NCBI GenBank assembly: GCA_963724765.1
Contig: CAVRVY010000004.1
Location: 1,024,001 to 1,088,000, forward strand
Source of the DNA: an uncultured delta proteobacterium
Lineage (GTDB): Bacteria > Desulfobacterota > Binatia > Binatales > Binataceae
DNA length: 64,000 bases
Reading direction: 5' to 3'
Part shown: positions 48,752-60,546 of the stretch, piece by piece
How positions within the stretch are numbered: the first letter of the stretch is position 1
Layout: each line of letters begins with the position of its first letter
Notes under the pieces: model-generated
Databases searched by the model: none
The model's input: only the letters and a program-made list of their open reading frames with translations
What the model was told of the DNA's origin: nothing
Program-made: the position numbers and the translations under genes

Positions 48752-50368
48752 ATGTCAGTGAAATTCGAAACCGACCCGAGCCGCTACCGGCACTGGAAAT
48801 TGGAGACCGCGCGCGACCGCGCGCGGCTGACGATGAAGGTCGATGAAGCCGGCGGCCTCAGCCCGGGTTACGCGCTCAAGCTCAACTCGTACGACCTGGC
48901 GGTGGATATCGAGCTTGCCGACGCGGTAATGCGTCTGCGCTTCGAGCATCCGGGCGTTAGCGTCATCACCATCGACAGCGCGCTCGACGGGATGTTCTGC
49001 GCCGGCGCCAACATCTTCATGCTCGCGCGCGCCGATCATGGCTTCAAGGTCAACTTCTGCAAGTTCACCAACGAAACCCGCCTCGCGATCGAAGACGCGA
49101 CCGCCAACAGCGGCCAGCGCTACGTCGCCGCGCTCAACGGCACGTGCAGCGGCGGCGGATATGAACTGGCGCTCGCCTGCGAGGAGATAATCCTGGTCGA
49201 CGACCGCCGCTCGGCCGTGAGCCTGCCCGAGATCGCATTTCTCGGCGTGCTGCCCGGCACCGGCGGCCTTACCCGCCTGGTCGACAAACGCAAGGTGCGC
49301 CGCGACCTCGCCGACGTCTTCGCCACGCTGGCCGAGGGCGTGCGCGGCGAACGCGCGGTCAAATGGGGCCTGGTCGATGCGATTGCGCCGCGCTCGCGCT
49401 TCAACGAGGCGGTGGCCGAGCGCGTCGCGTCGCTGGTCGATCCGCGGCGAGCGGGACGCGCTGGCGTTACGCTCGACGCACTCGCGCCCGCCGAGAGCGA
49501 GGCCGAGATCCGCTATCGGCATCTCAAGATGCGTCTCGATCGCACTCAGCGTCTGGCCGAGTTGATGATCGAGGGCCCTGCGAACGTGCCGGCAATTCCA
49601 GCCGCGGCGGCGGCGCTCGGGGCTGACTTCTACCCGCTGCGGCTTTTCCGCGAAATCGACGACGCGCTACTGCGCTTGCGCTTCAACTACCCGGAGATCG
49701 GACTGGTGCTGATCAAATCTGCGGGCGACCTCGACCGCGTCGTCGAACTGGACCGCGCGATGTGGGAGCGGCGCGGCGACTGGTTCATCAACGAGACGCT
49801 GTTGCTGATGAAACGCGTGCTCAAGCGCCTCGACCTCACCGCCAAAAGTTTCTTTGCGATTATCGAGCCGGGCTCATGCTTCGCGGGCTCGATGTTCGAG
49901 TTCGCGCTCGGCGCGGACCGTATCTATATGAAGTCGGTCGCCGACGCGCGTATCGCAACCGGAGTGCTCAATGCAGGCGCACTCCCGATGAGCAACGGGC
50001 TAAGCCGCCTCAGCACACGTTTCATCGCCGACCCGGCGCACGCCACGGCGCTCGCCGCCGATTGCACGTTCGACGCTGACGGCGCGTTGGAGGCTGGGTT
50101 GGTGACCGTGGCGCCGGACGAGCTGGATTGGGAAGAGGAGCTACGCCTGGCAATCAGCGAACGGCTCTCGCTCTCGCCCGACGCGCTCACCGGGATGGAA
50201 GCGAGCATCCGCTTTGCCGGGCCGGAGACGATGGAGACGCGGATTTTCGGGCGGCTCTCGGCGTGGCAGAACTGGATCTTCCAGCGCCCCAACGCGGTCG
50301 GCGAGCACGGCGCGCTCAAGCTCTACGGCCAGCCGCAGAGCCCGCAATTCGATTACAGACGCACCTGA
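48752..50368 (+). CDS. boxC: 2,3-epoxybenzoyl-CoA dihydrolase
   Basis: YRHWKL, GYALKLNSYDL, KVNFCKFTNETR, LSPDALTGMEA..RFAGPETMETRIFGRLSAWQNWIFQRPNA. Confidence 0.95.
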   Translation: MSVKFETDPSRYRHWKLETARDRARLTMKVDEAGGLSPGYALKLNSYDLAVDIELADAVMRLRFEHPGVSVITIDSALDGMFCAGANIFMLARADHGFKVNFCKFTNETRLAIEDATANSGQRYVAALNGTCSGGGYELALACEEIILVDDRRSAVSLPEIAFLGVLPGTGGLTRLVDKRKVRRDLADVFATLAEGVRGERAVKWGLVDAIAPRSRFNEAVAERVASLVDPRRAGRAGVTLDALAPAESEAEIRYRHLKMRLDRTQRLAELMIEGPANVPAIPAAAAALGADFYPLRLFREIDDALLRLRFNYPEIGLVLIKSAGDLDRVVELDRAMWERRGDWFINETLLLMKRVLKRLDLTAKSFFAIIEPGSCFAGSMFEFALGADRIYMKSVADARIATGVLNAGALPMSNGLSRLSTRFIADPAHATALAADCTFDADGALEAGLVTVAPDELDWEEELRLAISERLSLSPDALTGMEASIRFAGPETMETRIFGRLSAWQNWIFQRPNAVGEHGALKLYGQPQSPQFDYRRT

Positions 50369-50409
50369 AGGATTCGCGCCGCGCTCGGCGCGTGGAGCTT
50401 TATTTAGCC

Positions 50410-51807
<1,398 letters not shown>

Positions 51808-51814
51808 CCGCGCA

Positions 51815-53413
51815 TCAGCCGCGGTCGCGCAGCAGGCGGCGCAGAATCTTGCCGTTGGGAGTCTTGGGCAGCTCCGTCATGAATTCGATCTGATGCGGCA
51901 CCTTGTACGGTGCGATCACGCTGCGCACGTAATTACGGATTTCCTCGGCCAGCGCGTCAGAGCCCGCATGCCCCGCGCGCAGCGCGACGAACGCTTTGAC
52001 GCGAGCGCCGATCTCCGGATCGGGAATTCCGACCACCGCCGCCTCGAGCACTGCCGGATGCTCCAGCAGCGCCGACTCGACCTCCTTGGGCGAAATCAGG
52101 TACGCGCGGCTCTTTATCAGATCGTCGGCGCGCGAGACGTACCAGAAGTAGCCGTCGGCATCGACGTACGCGATGTCCTGCGTGTAGTACCATCCCTCCC
52201 GATTCACCGCGGCCCATCGCGCCGCCGCCTTGCGATAGCCCAACGTAAGCCCGGGATGGCCATTGCGAAACACCAGGTTACCCGGCTCTCCGCGCCTTTG
52301 TTCGTGCCCCTCGTCGTCGAGGACCGTGGCCTCGTAGCCTTTAAGCGGCTTACCCATCGAGCCCGGCCGTATTTCCATCCCGATCCGGTTACCGATGAAA
52401 ATGTGCGTCTCGGTCTGTCCGATGCCGTCGTGGATCGTCACGCCGAAGCGACGGCGGAATTCGTTGAACGTGTCCGCCGGCAGCGCCTCGCCCGCGCTGA
52501 CGCAAACGCGCAATGAGTCGAGCTGGTAGCGCCGCTCCGCGTCAGGCAGCGCGAGCATCATCCTGTAGATCGTCGGCACCGCGGCGAGGATGGTCACGCG
52601 ATGGCGCTCGATGGTCTCGAACGCGGCCTCGGGCGTGAAGCGGCCGTGGGGCACCACGATCGCCGCGCCCTCCATCAGCGGAAAAAGGCATCCGGAGCCG
52701 AGCGGATAAATGAACGACCAGTCCTGCGGCTGATAACAGACGTCGTCCGCGCTCATGCGCACCATCTCGCGGTTGTACGGATCGCCCGCGCCGATTAGCC
52801 ATTGATGGGCCTGCTGGACGCCCTTGGGATCGCCCGTAGTGCCGGAGGTATAGATCACGAATGCCGTCTGCTCGCGATGCGTTCGCGCGGGAGCAAAGTC
52901 GGGCGACGCTTCGGCCATCACGCGCTCCCACTTAAGCGTGCGCCGGCCGTCAACGGCGGCGGCCGCCGCGCCGGCCAGGATGATGTGACGGAGCATCGGT
53001 GTGCGTGCGCTCACCGTCTCGATCGGGCCGAGCAAATCGGGCGTCGAGACGGCGATCACCGCCTCGCTGTTGAGCAGAATTTTCTCGACCTCGTGATCGC
53101 GGAACAGGAAGCTGGTCGGAATCACGATCGCACCGGCCTTAATCGTGCCCAGGATCGCAACCAGCGTGTCGAGACTGGTGCCGAGCCGCAGCATCACGTG
53201 ATCGCCATGGCCGATGCCGAGCGCGCACAACGCGTTGGCGAAGCGGTTGGTGAGCGCGCGAAGGTCGGCGAAGGTATACGCGCGGCCCGCGGCCCATGCG
53301 GCGATGCGTGCACCGCGCCCTTGCGCAACGTGACGATCGATGACGTAGCTCGCGATATTAAGCTGCTCGGGAATTTCGAGATAGCCGCGGACGCCAATTG
53401 GCTTGGAGGTCAT
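51815..53413 (-). CDS. Acyl/aryl-CoA ligase (benzoate-CoA ligase / MACS-like)
   Basis: YTSGTTGDPKG, SAGEALP, DGIGQTE, PGSMGKP, RADDLIK, LPKTPNGKI. Confidence 0.88.
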   Translation of the reverse strand: MTSKPIGVRGYLEIPEQLNIASYVIDRHVAQGRGARIAAWAAGRAYTFADLRALTNRFANALCALGIGHGDHVMLRLGTSLDTLVAILGTIKAGAIVIPTSFLFRDHEVEKILLNSEAVIAVSTPDLLGPIETVSARTPMLRHIILAGAAAAAVDGRRTLKWERVMAEASPDFAPARTHREQTAFVIYTSGTTGDPKGVQQAHQWLIGAGDPYNREMVRMSADDVCYQPQDWSFIYPLGSGCLFPLMEGAAIVVPHGRFTPEAAFETIERHRVTILAAVPTIYRMMLALPDAERRYQLDSLRVCVSAGEALPADTFNEFRRRFGVTIHDGIGQTETHIFIGNRIGMEIRPGSMGKPLKGYEATVLDDEGHEQRRGEPGNLVFRNGHPGLTLGYRKAAARWAAVNREGWYYTQDIAYVDADGYFWYVSRADDLIKSRAYLISPKEVESALLEHPAVLEAAVVGIPDPEIGARVKAFVALRAGHAGSDALAEEIRNYVRSVIAPYKVPHQIEFMTELPKTPNGKILRRLLRDRG

Positions 53414-53604
53414 CGGAAGCTTCGTTCTGGATGTTTCGTTATGGAGTTCCGTCATGCGGCATGGGAGCATGCGCGGGCGCTACTCCCATCCATCCCGCGC
53501 CTACGTTATGTTGACAGAACGATTTTCGTCAACGAGACTGCCCGGCGGCTGCCAGCTCCTAACGCGGCAGCGCTAAACGAACGTATTTATCACGGACTCA
53601 ACAG

Positions 53605-54846
53605 ATGATTCGTAGAGCGATGGGCACGGCGGTGCTGATCATCTTCGGGGTGATTTGCGCGGGGTTGGTCGCCGAGGTCGGCGTGCGGGTCGCCAACCGC
53701 TTTTTTCCCTACTTCTATTGTTATGACGCCGCGCGCGGATGGGGGCTGCGGCCGAATACCGCCGGTTACTATCGGCGCGAGGGCGCCGCCTACGTCGAGA
53801 TCAACAGCGGAGGTTTTCGCGGCCCAGAGTTTGCTAAACCCAAGCCGCCCGGCACCCTTCGCATCGCGGTGCTCGGCGATTCCTACACCGAGGCAATCCA
53901 GGTTCCGTACGAAGACACTTTCGCCTCGGTCGCGGCGCGCAAGCTTGCGCAATGTCCGTTGCTTAAGGGACGGCGCGTGGAGGCGCTCAACTTCGGCGTC
54001 GACGGCTACGGCACCACGCAGGAACTGGTGACGCTGAGCGAAAAAGTTTGGGCCTACCAACCCGACATCGTGGTGCTCGCGATTTTTCTGGGCAACGACG
54101 TGCGCAACAACTCGGTTTCGCTCGAAGGCAATCTGTGCCGGCCGTTTTACGTCGAGCGCGACGGCAAGCTCACGCCAGCGGGGCCGTTTCAAAGCTCGAA
54201 TTCGTTTCGCCTGTGGTGCATGACGCGCTTCGACTATCGCAAATCCGGGTTGCTCTCGCTGATCGGCGGGGCCTGGACGATCCTTCGCACCCGCAACGAA
54301 CAGCCGACCGCCGAACTGCCCGTGGAACGCGCGATCAACTACGACATCTATAAGCCGCCCACCGAATCAACGTGGCGCGACGCATGGCAGGTAACCGACG
54401 ACCTGGTCGAGGAAACGCATCGCGAGACCGCCCGGCACGGCGCGGCATTTCTGACCGTGACGCTCGACACCAGCATCCAGGTATGGCCCGACCCGAAGGT
54501 GCGCGAGAATTTCATGAAGCGTATCGGCGTCAGCGATCTGTTCTATCCCGACCGCCGAATCGCCGCGCTCGGCGAGCGCGACGGCTTCGACGTGCTGACG
54601 CTGGCCGAACCGCTGTATCAGTACGCGCAGGCGCATCACGCTTTTCTGCACGGCTTTGCGAACAGCACGATCGGCTTCGGCCACTGGAACGCCGAGGGCC
54701 ATCGCGTGGCCGGCGAGCTTATCGGCGAGCGGCTATGCGCGATGCTGAAGGCCGGCAAGTGCGCGAGCTGCGCGGCGGGGCCAGCGGGAGCGCCCGGTGG
54801 ACCGGGCGCTCCCGCTGGCCCCGCCCACGGCGGCGCGCCGCATTAG
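53605..54846 (+). CDS. SGNH/GDSL hydrolase, membrane anchored
   Basis: N-terminal TM; LGDS, GVDGYG, GND, GHWN blocks. Confidence 0.85.
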   Translation: MIRRAMGTAVLIIFGVICAGLVAEVGVRVANRFFPYFYCYDAARGWGLRPNTAGYYRREGAAYVEINSGGFRGPEFAKPKPPGTLRIAVLGDSYTEAIQVPYEDTFASVAARKLAQCPLLKGRRVEALNFGVDGYGTTQELVTLSEKVWAYQPDIVVLAIFLGNDVRNNSVSLEGNLCRPFYVERDGKLTPAGPFQSSNSFRLWCMTRFDYRKSGLLSLIGGAWTILRTRNEQPTAELPVERAINYDIYKPPTESTWRDAWQVTDDLVEETHRETARHGAAFLTVTLDTSIQVWPDPKVRENFMKRIGVSDLFYPDRRIAALGERDGFDVLTLAEPLYQYAQAHHAFLHGFANSTIGFGHWNAEGHRVAGELIGERLCAMLKAGKCASCAAGPAGAPGGPGAPAGPAHGGAPH

Positions 54847-54869
54847 CGGCGCGCCGCCGTGGTTTTTTT
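54825..54869 (+). terminator. Rho-independent terminator
   Basis: Perfect 17-bp stem ccacggcggcgcgccgc-atta-gcggcgcgccgccgtgg followed by T7. Confidence 0.85.
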
Positions 54870-54978
54870 GGCGCGGATGAGGCGGCGCGCACAATTGGTT
54901 GTTCCCACAAGGAATCTCGCCATGCACCTTTTGCGCATTGCCTTTACCCTCCGCACTCTGGTCGAATGATGCGCAATC

Positions 54979-56784
54979 GTGAACAGCCCGCTTCTACTGT
55001 CCGCGCTCGATAGCCGTCAAATCCGCCCGCGAATTGCGTCCGGCCTCGCGCTCGCGCCGCTCTCGGCGAGACTGGCGGCGAAGATCGTCGCCAGGATCAT
55101 CGCGATGACGGTCGCGACAATCGTCGCGACCGTCATTGCTACCAGTGCGGGAAGCGCGTACGCGCAGCCCGCCGACGCCAGCGCCGACGTGCAGATCGGC
55201 CCCAGCCCGAACGCGCAACCTGGGATCGCCGATCACGAAGTGGAGCAGGCCGCCGCCACTCTCGAACAGCTTGCGCGCTCCAACTTTGGCGACCTGGACG
55301 ACGCCGAACTAAAACTAGTGCATGCGGCGCCGCAGCGCGCGCTTTTGTGGGTAGGGCCGAACAGTGACCCGAGCAGTACCGCCAACGATCCGGCTAACGC
55401 CTCACAATGGCCACCCGGCCGGACAATCCGCGCGGCGCTCATCCGATGGCTCACCGCCGACCCGCAGGCACGGCCGTACGTCCATCCAAGCGGTATCGGC
55501 ATCGGTGGCGCGGCAATCGACGGGCAACTCGACCTTTCTTACCTGACCCTCAGCGCGCCGCTGACGATCGTCAACTCGGCAATACCCGAAGGAATTGATT
55601 TCTCCTTCGGCCATCTGCAGGGCCTCGATCTTTCGCGCGACGAGACAGGGCCGATTACGGGCGACCGCGCGACGATTGCAGGCGACCTCCAGTTGACCGG
55701 CGGAAAATACGGCCCCATTTCGGGCGACCGCATGCTTATTGCGGGCGACCTGCAGTTGATCGGCGGGGATTATGGACCGGTCAGCCTTTTTCGAACCGAA
55801 ATCGGCGGCAGTCTCGATTGCAGCGCCGGGCGCTTCGTGGGCGGCACCGATCCGTTGTCGATCGTGGAAGCGATGGTCAAGGGCGACGCGTCGTTCAACA
55901 ACGGCTTTACCACCAACGGGGTGGTCGATCTGACGCTTGCGCAAATCGGCCGCGGGCTCAGCTTCAAGGATGCACACTTCATCGGAACCGGCGTCAACGG
56001 ACTTAATGCCGACCGCATAACGATCGACGGAACATTTTACTGGGACAGTATCGTACGCACGCCGGGCACCGAACTTAATCTCACCAGCGCCCACGCCGCG
56101 GCGCTATGGGACGACGCCGCAAGTTGGCCGACGGCGGGAAATCTCTTCATCGATGACTTCGTTTACGGCGACATCAGCGGCGGTCCGAGCGACTCTCGGA
56201 GCCGGCTGCGATGGCTCAAGCGCCAACCTTCCGGCTATCGCCCCCAACCCTACGGCCAACTGGCAAAGGTGATGCGTGAGCGCGGCTCCGACGTCGGCGC
56301 GGTCGACGTGATGATGGCCAAGGAGGACGCGCGCCGTAACCAGGGTGGGCTGGGATGGGGAGAGCGGCTATGGAGCCGCGTGCTCGACGTCACGATCGGT
56401 TATGGCTACCGGCCGATGCGCGCGCTGTGGTGGATCTTCTTCTTCGTCGCACTGGGTTCGATGCTGTTCGGATTGGGCTACCGCGAGCGCGCGATCACGC
56501 CGACCGAGCTTGCCGCCTACGACGCCTTTGTTCAAAACGGTGAGCCGCCGCCGCACTATCCGCCGTTCAATGCGGTCGTCTACTCGCTGGAAAATTTCCT
56601 GCCGGTGGTCGATCTGCATCAGGGAACTTATTGGAGACCTAATCCGCGCCATGGGACGGGCGGCCGGATGCGCGCGCTCTCGGGCACCCTGCTCCGATGG
56701 TACCTGTGGCTGCATATTCTCGCCGGATGGATAATCACGCCGCTGCTCGCGGCGGGGCTTTCAGGTCTGGTGCGTCCGGACTGA
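54979..56784 (+). CDS. Beta-helix repeat protein with C-terminal two-TM pore-like module
   Basis: Repeats such as IAGDLQL/IGGSLDC; PQPYGQLAKV, GYGYRPMRA, TM, YSLENFLPVVDL, TM. Confidence 0.65.
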   Translation: MNSPLLLSALDSRQIRPRIASGLALAPLSARLAAKIVARIIAMTVATIVATVIATSAGSAYAQPADASADVQIGPSPNAQPGIADHEVEQAAATLEQLARSNFGDLDDAELKLVHAAPQRALLWVGPNSDPSSTANDPANASQWPPGRTIRAALIRWLTADPQARPYVHPSGIGIGGAAIDGQLDLSYLTLSAPLTIVNSAIPEGIDFSFGHLQGLDLSRDETGPITGDRATIAGDLQLTGGKYGPISGDRMLIAGDLQLIGGDYGPVSLFRTEIGGSLDCSAGRFVGGTDPLSIVEAMVKGDASFNNGFTTNGVVDLTLAQIGRGLSFKDAHFIGTGVNGLNADRITIDGTFYWDSIVRTPGTELNLTSAHAAALWDDAASWPTAGNLFIDDFVYGDISGGPSDSRSRLRWLKRQPSGYRPQPYGQLAKVMRERGSDVGAVDVMMAKEDARRNQGGLGWGERLWSRVLDVTIGYGYRPMRALWWIFFFVALGSMLFGLGYRERAITPTELAAYDAFVQNGEPPPHYPPFNAVVYSLENFLPVVDLHQGTYWRPNPRHGTGGRMRALSGTLLRWYLWLHILAGWIITPLLAAGLSGLVRPD

Positions 56785-56930
56785 ACCGGCGGTCCGCACC
56801 GCCCGGTTTGCTCTTTTGGAGATTGCGCGCAGAGGTATGCTAGACAAAGATTGGCCTTCGGGCCGCGAGGCTGAGTCCGCGGCGGGCGAAGACCCATCCG
56901 AATTTTAAGTGCGTAGCGGGGAGGTAAACG

Positions 56931-57845
56931 GTGGCATCGATCGAATTCGGCGTGGCGCTGACCTCGGTCAAGGGAGTGGTTGAGTTCGCGAGGTTCGCCG
57001 AGCGGCTCGGTTACGACTACCTGACCTGCGGCGAGCACGTGATGTTTCACGGGCCGGTGTCGAACTCGCTCATCGCGTTGTCGGTGGCCGCGGGAGCGAC
57101 CGAGAAGATCAAATTGATGAGCTCGATCGTGCTGCTGCCGCTGTATAATCCGGTGATGCTGGCTAAGCAGGCGGCGGTGCTCGACGTCGCCTCAGGCGGG
57201 CGCTACCACATGGGCGTCGGAATCGGCGGCGAGTTCCCCAAGGAGTTCGAGGCCATCGGCGTGCCGGTCAAGCAGCGCGGCTCACGCTCCAACGAGGCGC
57301 TCGAAGTGGTGCGCAAGCTCTGGACGGAGAAAGACGTCACCTTCGAGGGCCGCTACACGCGGTTTTCCGGCGTCACGCTCGAACCGGCGCCCACGCAGAA
57401 GCCCCATCCGCCGATCTGGGTCGCCGGGCGCAAGGAACCCGCGATGCGCCGCGCGGCGAAGTATGCCGACGGATGGCTGCCGTACATGTACACGCCCGAG
57501 ATGCTGCGCGAGAGCCTGACGAAGATCGACGCGTTCGGCCGCGAGGCCGGACGCGACATGAGCGCCTTTCGTCCGGGCCTGTTCATCTTCACTTCAGTCT
57601 ATCCCGATCGCAAAGAGGCCGAGGAAGTCGCTGCGCGCTCGCTCGGCAAAAATTATGCGCAGGACTTTTCCAAGATCGCCGGCCGCTACGTGCTTTACGG
57701 CAGCCCCGAAGATTGCCGCAAACGGCTGCGGGAATATATCGATGCCGGCGCACGCAGCGTGATGTTCAGCTGGGCCTGCCGCCACGACGATATCGAACGC
57801 AACATGGAAACGATCGCGAAGGAAGTCATCCCGGCTTTCCGCTAA
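56931..57845 (+). CDS. LLM-class flavin-dependent oxidoreductase
   Basis: GGGGAGG RBS; GEHV, LAKQAAVLDVASGGR, PHPPIWVAG, DGWLP. Confidence 0.9.
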   Translation: MASIEFGVALTSVKGVVEFARFAERLGYDYLTCGEHVMFHGPVSNSLIALSVAAGATEKIKLMSSIVLLPLYNPVMLAKQAAVLDVASGGRYHMGVGIGGEFPKEFEAIGVPVKQRGSRSNEALEVVRKLWTEKDVTFEGRYTRFSGVTLEPAPTQKPHPPIWVAGRKEPAMRRAAKYADGWLPYMYTPEMLRESLTKIDAFGREAGRDMSAFRPGLFIFTSVYPDRKEAEEVAARSLGKNYAQDFSKIAGRYVLYGSPEDCRKRLREYIDAGARSVMFSWACRHDDIERNMETIAKEVIPAFR

Positions 57846-57883
57846 TCGCCGAATCGCGCGCGGCACTATCGAGGCGCCATCCA

Positions 57884-59092
57884 ATGCCAGGGTCTCCCAC
57901 AAGATCTGCAAACGGACCATTAAGCGGCATCCGCATCGTCGACCTCACGCAGAATCTTTCGGGCCCGATGGCGACGATGATTCTCGGCGATCAGGGCGCC
58001 GACGTGATCAAGATCGAGCCGCCAGGAATCGGCGATTTCACGCGCGCGATGGGCGGGACGAAGCGTGGCGTCGCGCCGGCCTTCGCGGTGATCAACCGCA
58101 ACAAGCGCTCGGTGGCGCTCAACTTGCGCGATCCACGCGGCCTGGAACTGCTCAAACGGATGGTCGCGGGCGCCGATCTGTTCGTGCAAAACCATCGCCC
58201 CGGCGTCGCCGAACGCATGGGGATCGGCGAGGCGGCGCTGCGCGCGGTCAAGCCGGACCTCGTCTACGTCTCGATAAGCGGCTTCGGCGAAAGCGGCCCA
58301 TATGCCGATCAGCGGGTTTACGATCCGGTGATCCAGGCGATCTCGGGGCTCGCGGCGATCCAGGCCGACGTCGAAACCGGCCGCCCCCACATGATCCGCC
58401 TCATAATCCCCGACAAGGTCACGGCGCTCACCGCGGCGCAGGCGATGACGGCGGCGCTGCTGGCGCGCCTGCGGACCGGCGAAGGGCAGCACGTGCGCCT
58501 CGCGATGCTCGACGCGGTGATCGCGTTCCTGTGGCCGGAGGGGATGGCCGCGTATACCTTCGTCGGGAACAACCGCAGCAGCATCCGCGCGGCCAGGGCG
58601 CGTGAGCTCATTTTCGAAACCACCGACGGTTACATCACCGCCGCCGCGAACACCGACTCCGAATGGCAGGGGATGTGCCGCGCGCTGGAACGGCCGCAAT
58701 GGCTCGGCGACGAGCGCTTCAAAACGCCGGTCGATCGTATTCGCAACGCCGACGTGCGCCTCGAGATGACCGCCGAAGTGCTGAAGACGAAAAGCTCCGC
58801 GCAATGGCTCGAGCGCCTGCGCGCCAACCAGGTGCCGTGTGCGCCCGTGCTCAGCCGCGAGGAGATGCTGCACAACGCGCAAGTCGTGGCCAACCAGATC
58901 ATCGTGGAATCCGAGCATCCGCACGCGGGCCCGATGCGTCAGCCACGCCCGGCAGCGCGCTTCGAGCGCACGCCGGCGGCGCTCAGCCGCTTCGCCCCGC
59001 TGCTCGGCGAGCACACTGATGAGGTGCTCCAAGAAGCGGGCGTCGCGTCCGGTGAACTGGCGTCGCTCCGCGAGCAGGGTGTAATCGCCTAA
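57884..59092 (+). CDS. Family III CoA-transferase
   Basis: PLSGIRIVDL, GADVIKIEPPG, NRNKRS, SGFGESGP, PDKVTA, PLLGEHT. Confidence 0.9.
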   Translation: MPGSPTRSANGPLSGIRIVDLTQNLSGPMATMILGDQGADVIKIEPPGIGDFTRAMGGTKRGVAPAFAVINRNKRSVALNLRDPRGLELLKRMVAGADLFVQNHRPGVAERMGIGEAALRAVKPDLVYVSISGFGESGPYADQRVYDPVIQAISGLAAIQADVETGRPHMIRLIIPDKVTALTAAQAMTAALLARLRTGEGQHVRLAMLDAVIAFLWPEGMAAYTFVGNNRSSIRAARARELIFETTDGYITAAANTDSEWQGMCRALERPQWLGDERFKTPVDRIRNADVRLEMTAEVLKTKSSAQWLERLRANQVPCAPVLSREEMLHNAQVVANQIIVESEHPHAGPMRQPRPAARFERTPAALSRFAPLLGEHTDEVLQEAGVASGELASLREQGVIA

Positions 59093-59121
59093 TTAGTCGC
59101 CTGACTTGCGCGCGTCGGAGA

Positions 59122-60522
59122 ATGACGATGGCCAAAGCGGACGAAATTCTGAATCTCGACGTGGTCGGGCTGGCCGCGAAACTGCGCTCACGCGAACTCT
59201 CGCCGGTGGAGGTCACCGACGCCTACCTGGATCGAATCGCGGCGACCGAAAAGAGGCTCTGCGCCTATATTACCGTGACCGCGGAACTGGCGCGCGCGAC
59301 CGCGCTTGCGGCCGAGCGCGAAATCGCGGCCGGCAACTGGCGCGGCACTTTTCACGGCGTTCCCATCGCGCTCAAGGACCTCTGCTGCACTAAAGGGATT
59401 CTGACCACCAGCGGCTCCAAGGTGCTCGCCGATCATGTTCCCGATTGCGACGCCACCGTTTGGACCCGTCTTCGGGCCGCGGGCGCAATTCTGCTCGGCA
59501 AGCTCAACATGCACGAGTTCGCCTGCGGGGGCACCGCCAAAACGGCGTGGGGCACCACGCTCAATCCGTACGATCCCGAGCGCATCCCGGGCGGCTCCAG
59601 TTCCGGCTCGGGCGCCGCGATCGTCGGGCGCAGCGCCGCGGCGACGCTCGGCAGCGACACCGGCGGCTCGATTCGGATCCCGGCGGCGTTTTGCGGCTGC
59701 GTGGGACTGAAGCAGACCTGGAGCCGGGTCAGCCGCTTCGGCATCCTGCCGCTCAGCAACTCGCTCGATCACGTCGGCCCGATCACCCGCAGCGTGCGCG
59801 ACGCCGCCGCGATGCTCCAGCTTATCGCCGGCCACGACCCCCACGATCCGACCTCGAGCAGCGAGCCGGTGCCCGACTACTCGGCAGCGCTGGGACGCGA
59901 CCTCAAGGGCGTGCGGGTCGGAATCATCCGCGAACTCGGCCGGGACGTCGCCGCCGAGGTTGCGCAGTCGTTCGAGGGCGCGATGCGCACGCTGGGCGGA
60001 CTCGGCGCTATCGTCGACGAGGTTTCGATCCCGTCGATCGATGCGGCGCCCACGATCGCGATGAACATCATGTACGCCGAGGGGCTGGAGTATCACGAGC
60101 GATGGTTCACCGAGCGTCCGCAGGATTACGGCCGAGGCGTGCGCCGGATGCTCGAAGCCGCGATCGCGCTGCCGGCGACCGCGTACCTCCGCTCCCAGCG
60201 CGCCCGCGCGCAAATGATGGCCGAAGCGATGCGCGCGCTTGAGGGCCGCGACGTGCTCGCCACGCCGGCCTGCATGATGGCGCCGATGAAAATCGCCGAG
60301 GCGCGCGAAGGCAAAGTTGGCCTCGCTCAACTGATCCGGCATACCGCGCCATTCAATGTCACGGGGCAGCCGGCGCTCGCGATACCAACCGGGATTGGCG
60401 CGGACCGCGCGCCGCTGGCGATTCAGATCGTCGGGCGGCCGTTCGACGAACCCTCGGTGCTGCGCGTCGCCGACGCTTACGAGCGCGCGCGCGGCGCGTT
60501 GCCGTCGCCCGAATTCAACTGA
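59122..60522 (+). CDS. Amidase-signature family enzyme
   Basis: LKD, GKLNMHEFA, PGGSSSGS, GSDTGGSIRIPA. Confidence 0.92.
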   Translation: MTMAKADEILNLDVVGLAAKLRSRELSPVEVTDAYLDRIAATEKRLCAYITVTAELARATALAAEREIAAGNWRGTFHGVPIALKDLCCTKGILTTSGSKVLADHVPDCDATVWTRLRAAGAILLGKLNMHEFACGGTAKTAWGTTLNPYDPERIPGGSSSGSGAAIVGRSAAATLGSDTGGSIRIPAAFCGCVGLKQTWSRVSRFGILPLSNSLDHVGPITRSVRDAAAMLQLIAGHDPHDPTSSSEPVPDYSAALGRDLKGVRVGIIRELGRDVAAEVAQSFEGAMRTLGGLGAIVDEVSIPSIDAAPTIAMNIMYAEGLEYHERWFTERPQDYGRGVRRMLEAAIALPATAYLRSQRARAQMMAEAMRALEGRDVLATPACMMAPMKIAEAREGKVGLAQLIRHTAPFNVTGQPALAIPTGIGADRAPLAIQIVGRPFDEPSVLRVADAYERARGALPSPEFN

Positions 60523-60546
60523 GCTGTCGGCCGGCGCGCGCGCGGC

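Noticed and set aside
56850-56925. Possible TPP-like riboswitch before the LLM (ggctgag...gaccc...gcgtag, UUCG hairpin)
   Set aside because: Lacks CUGAGA and the ACCUGAU core, and the downstream genes are unrelated to thiamine.
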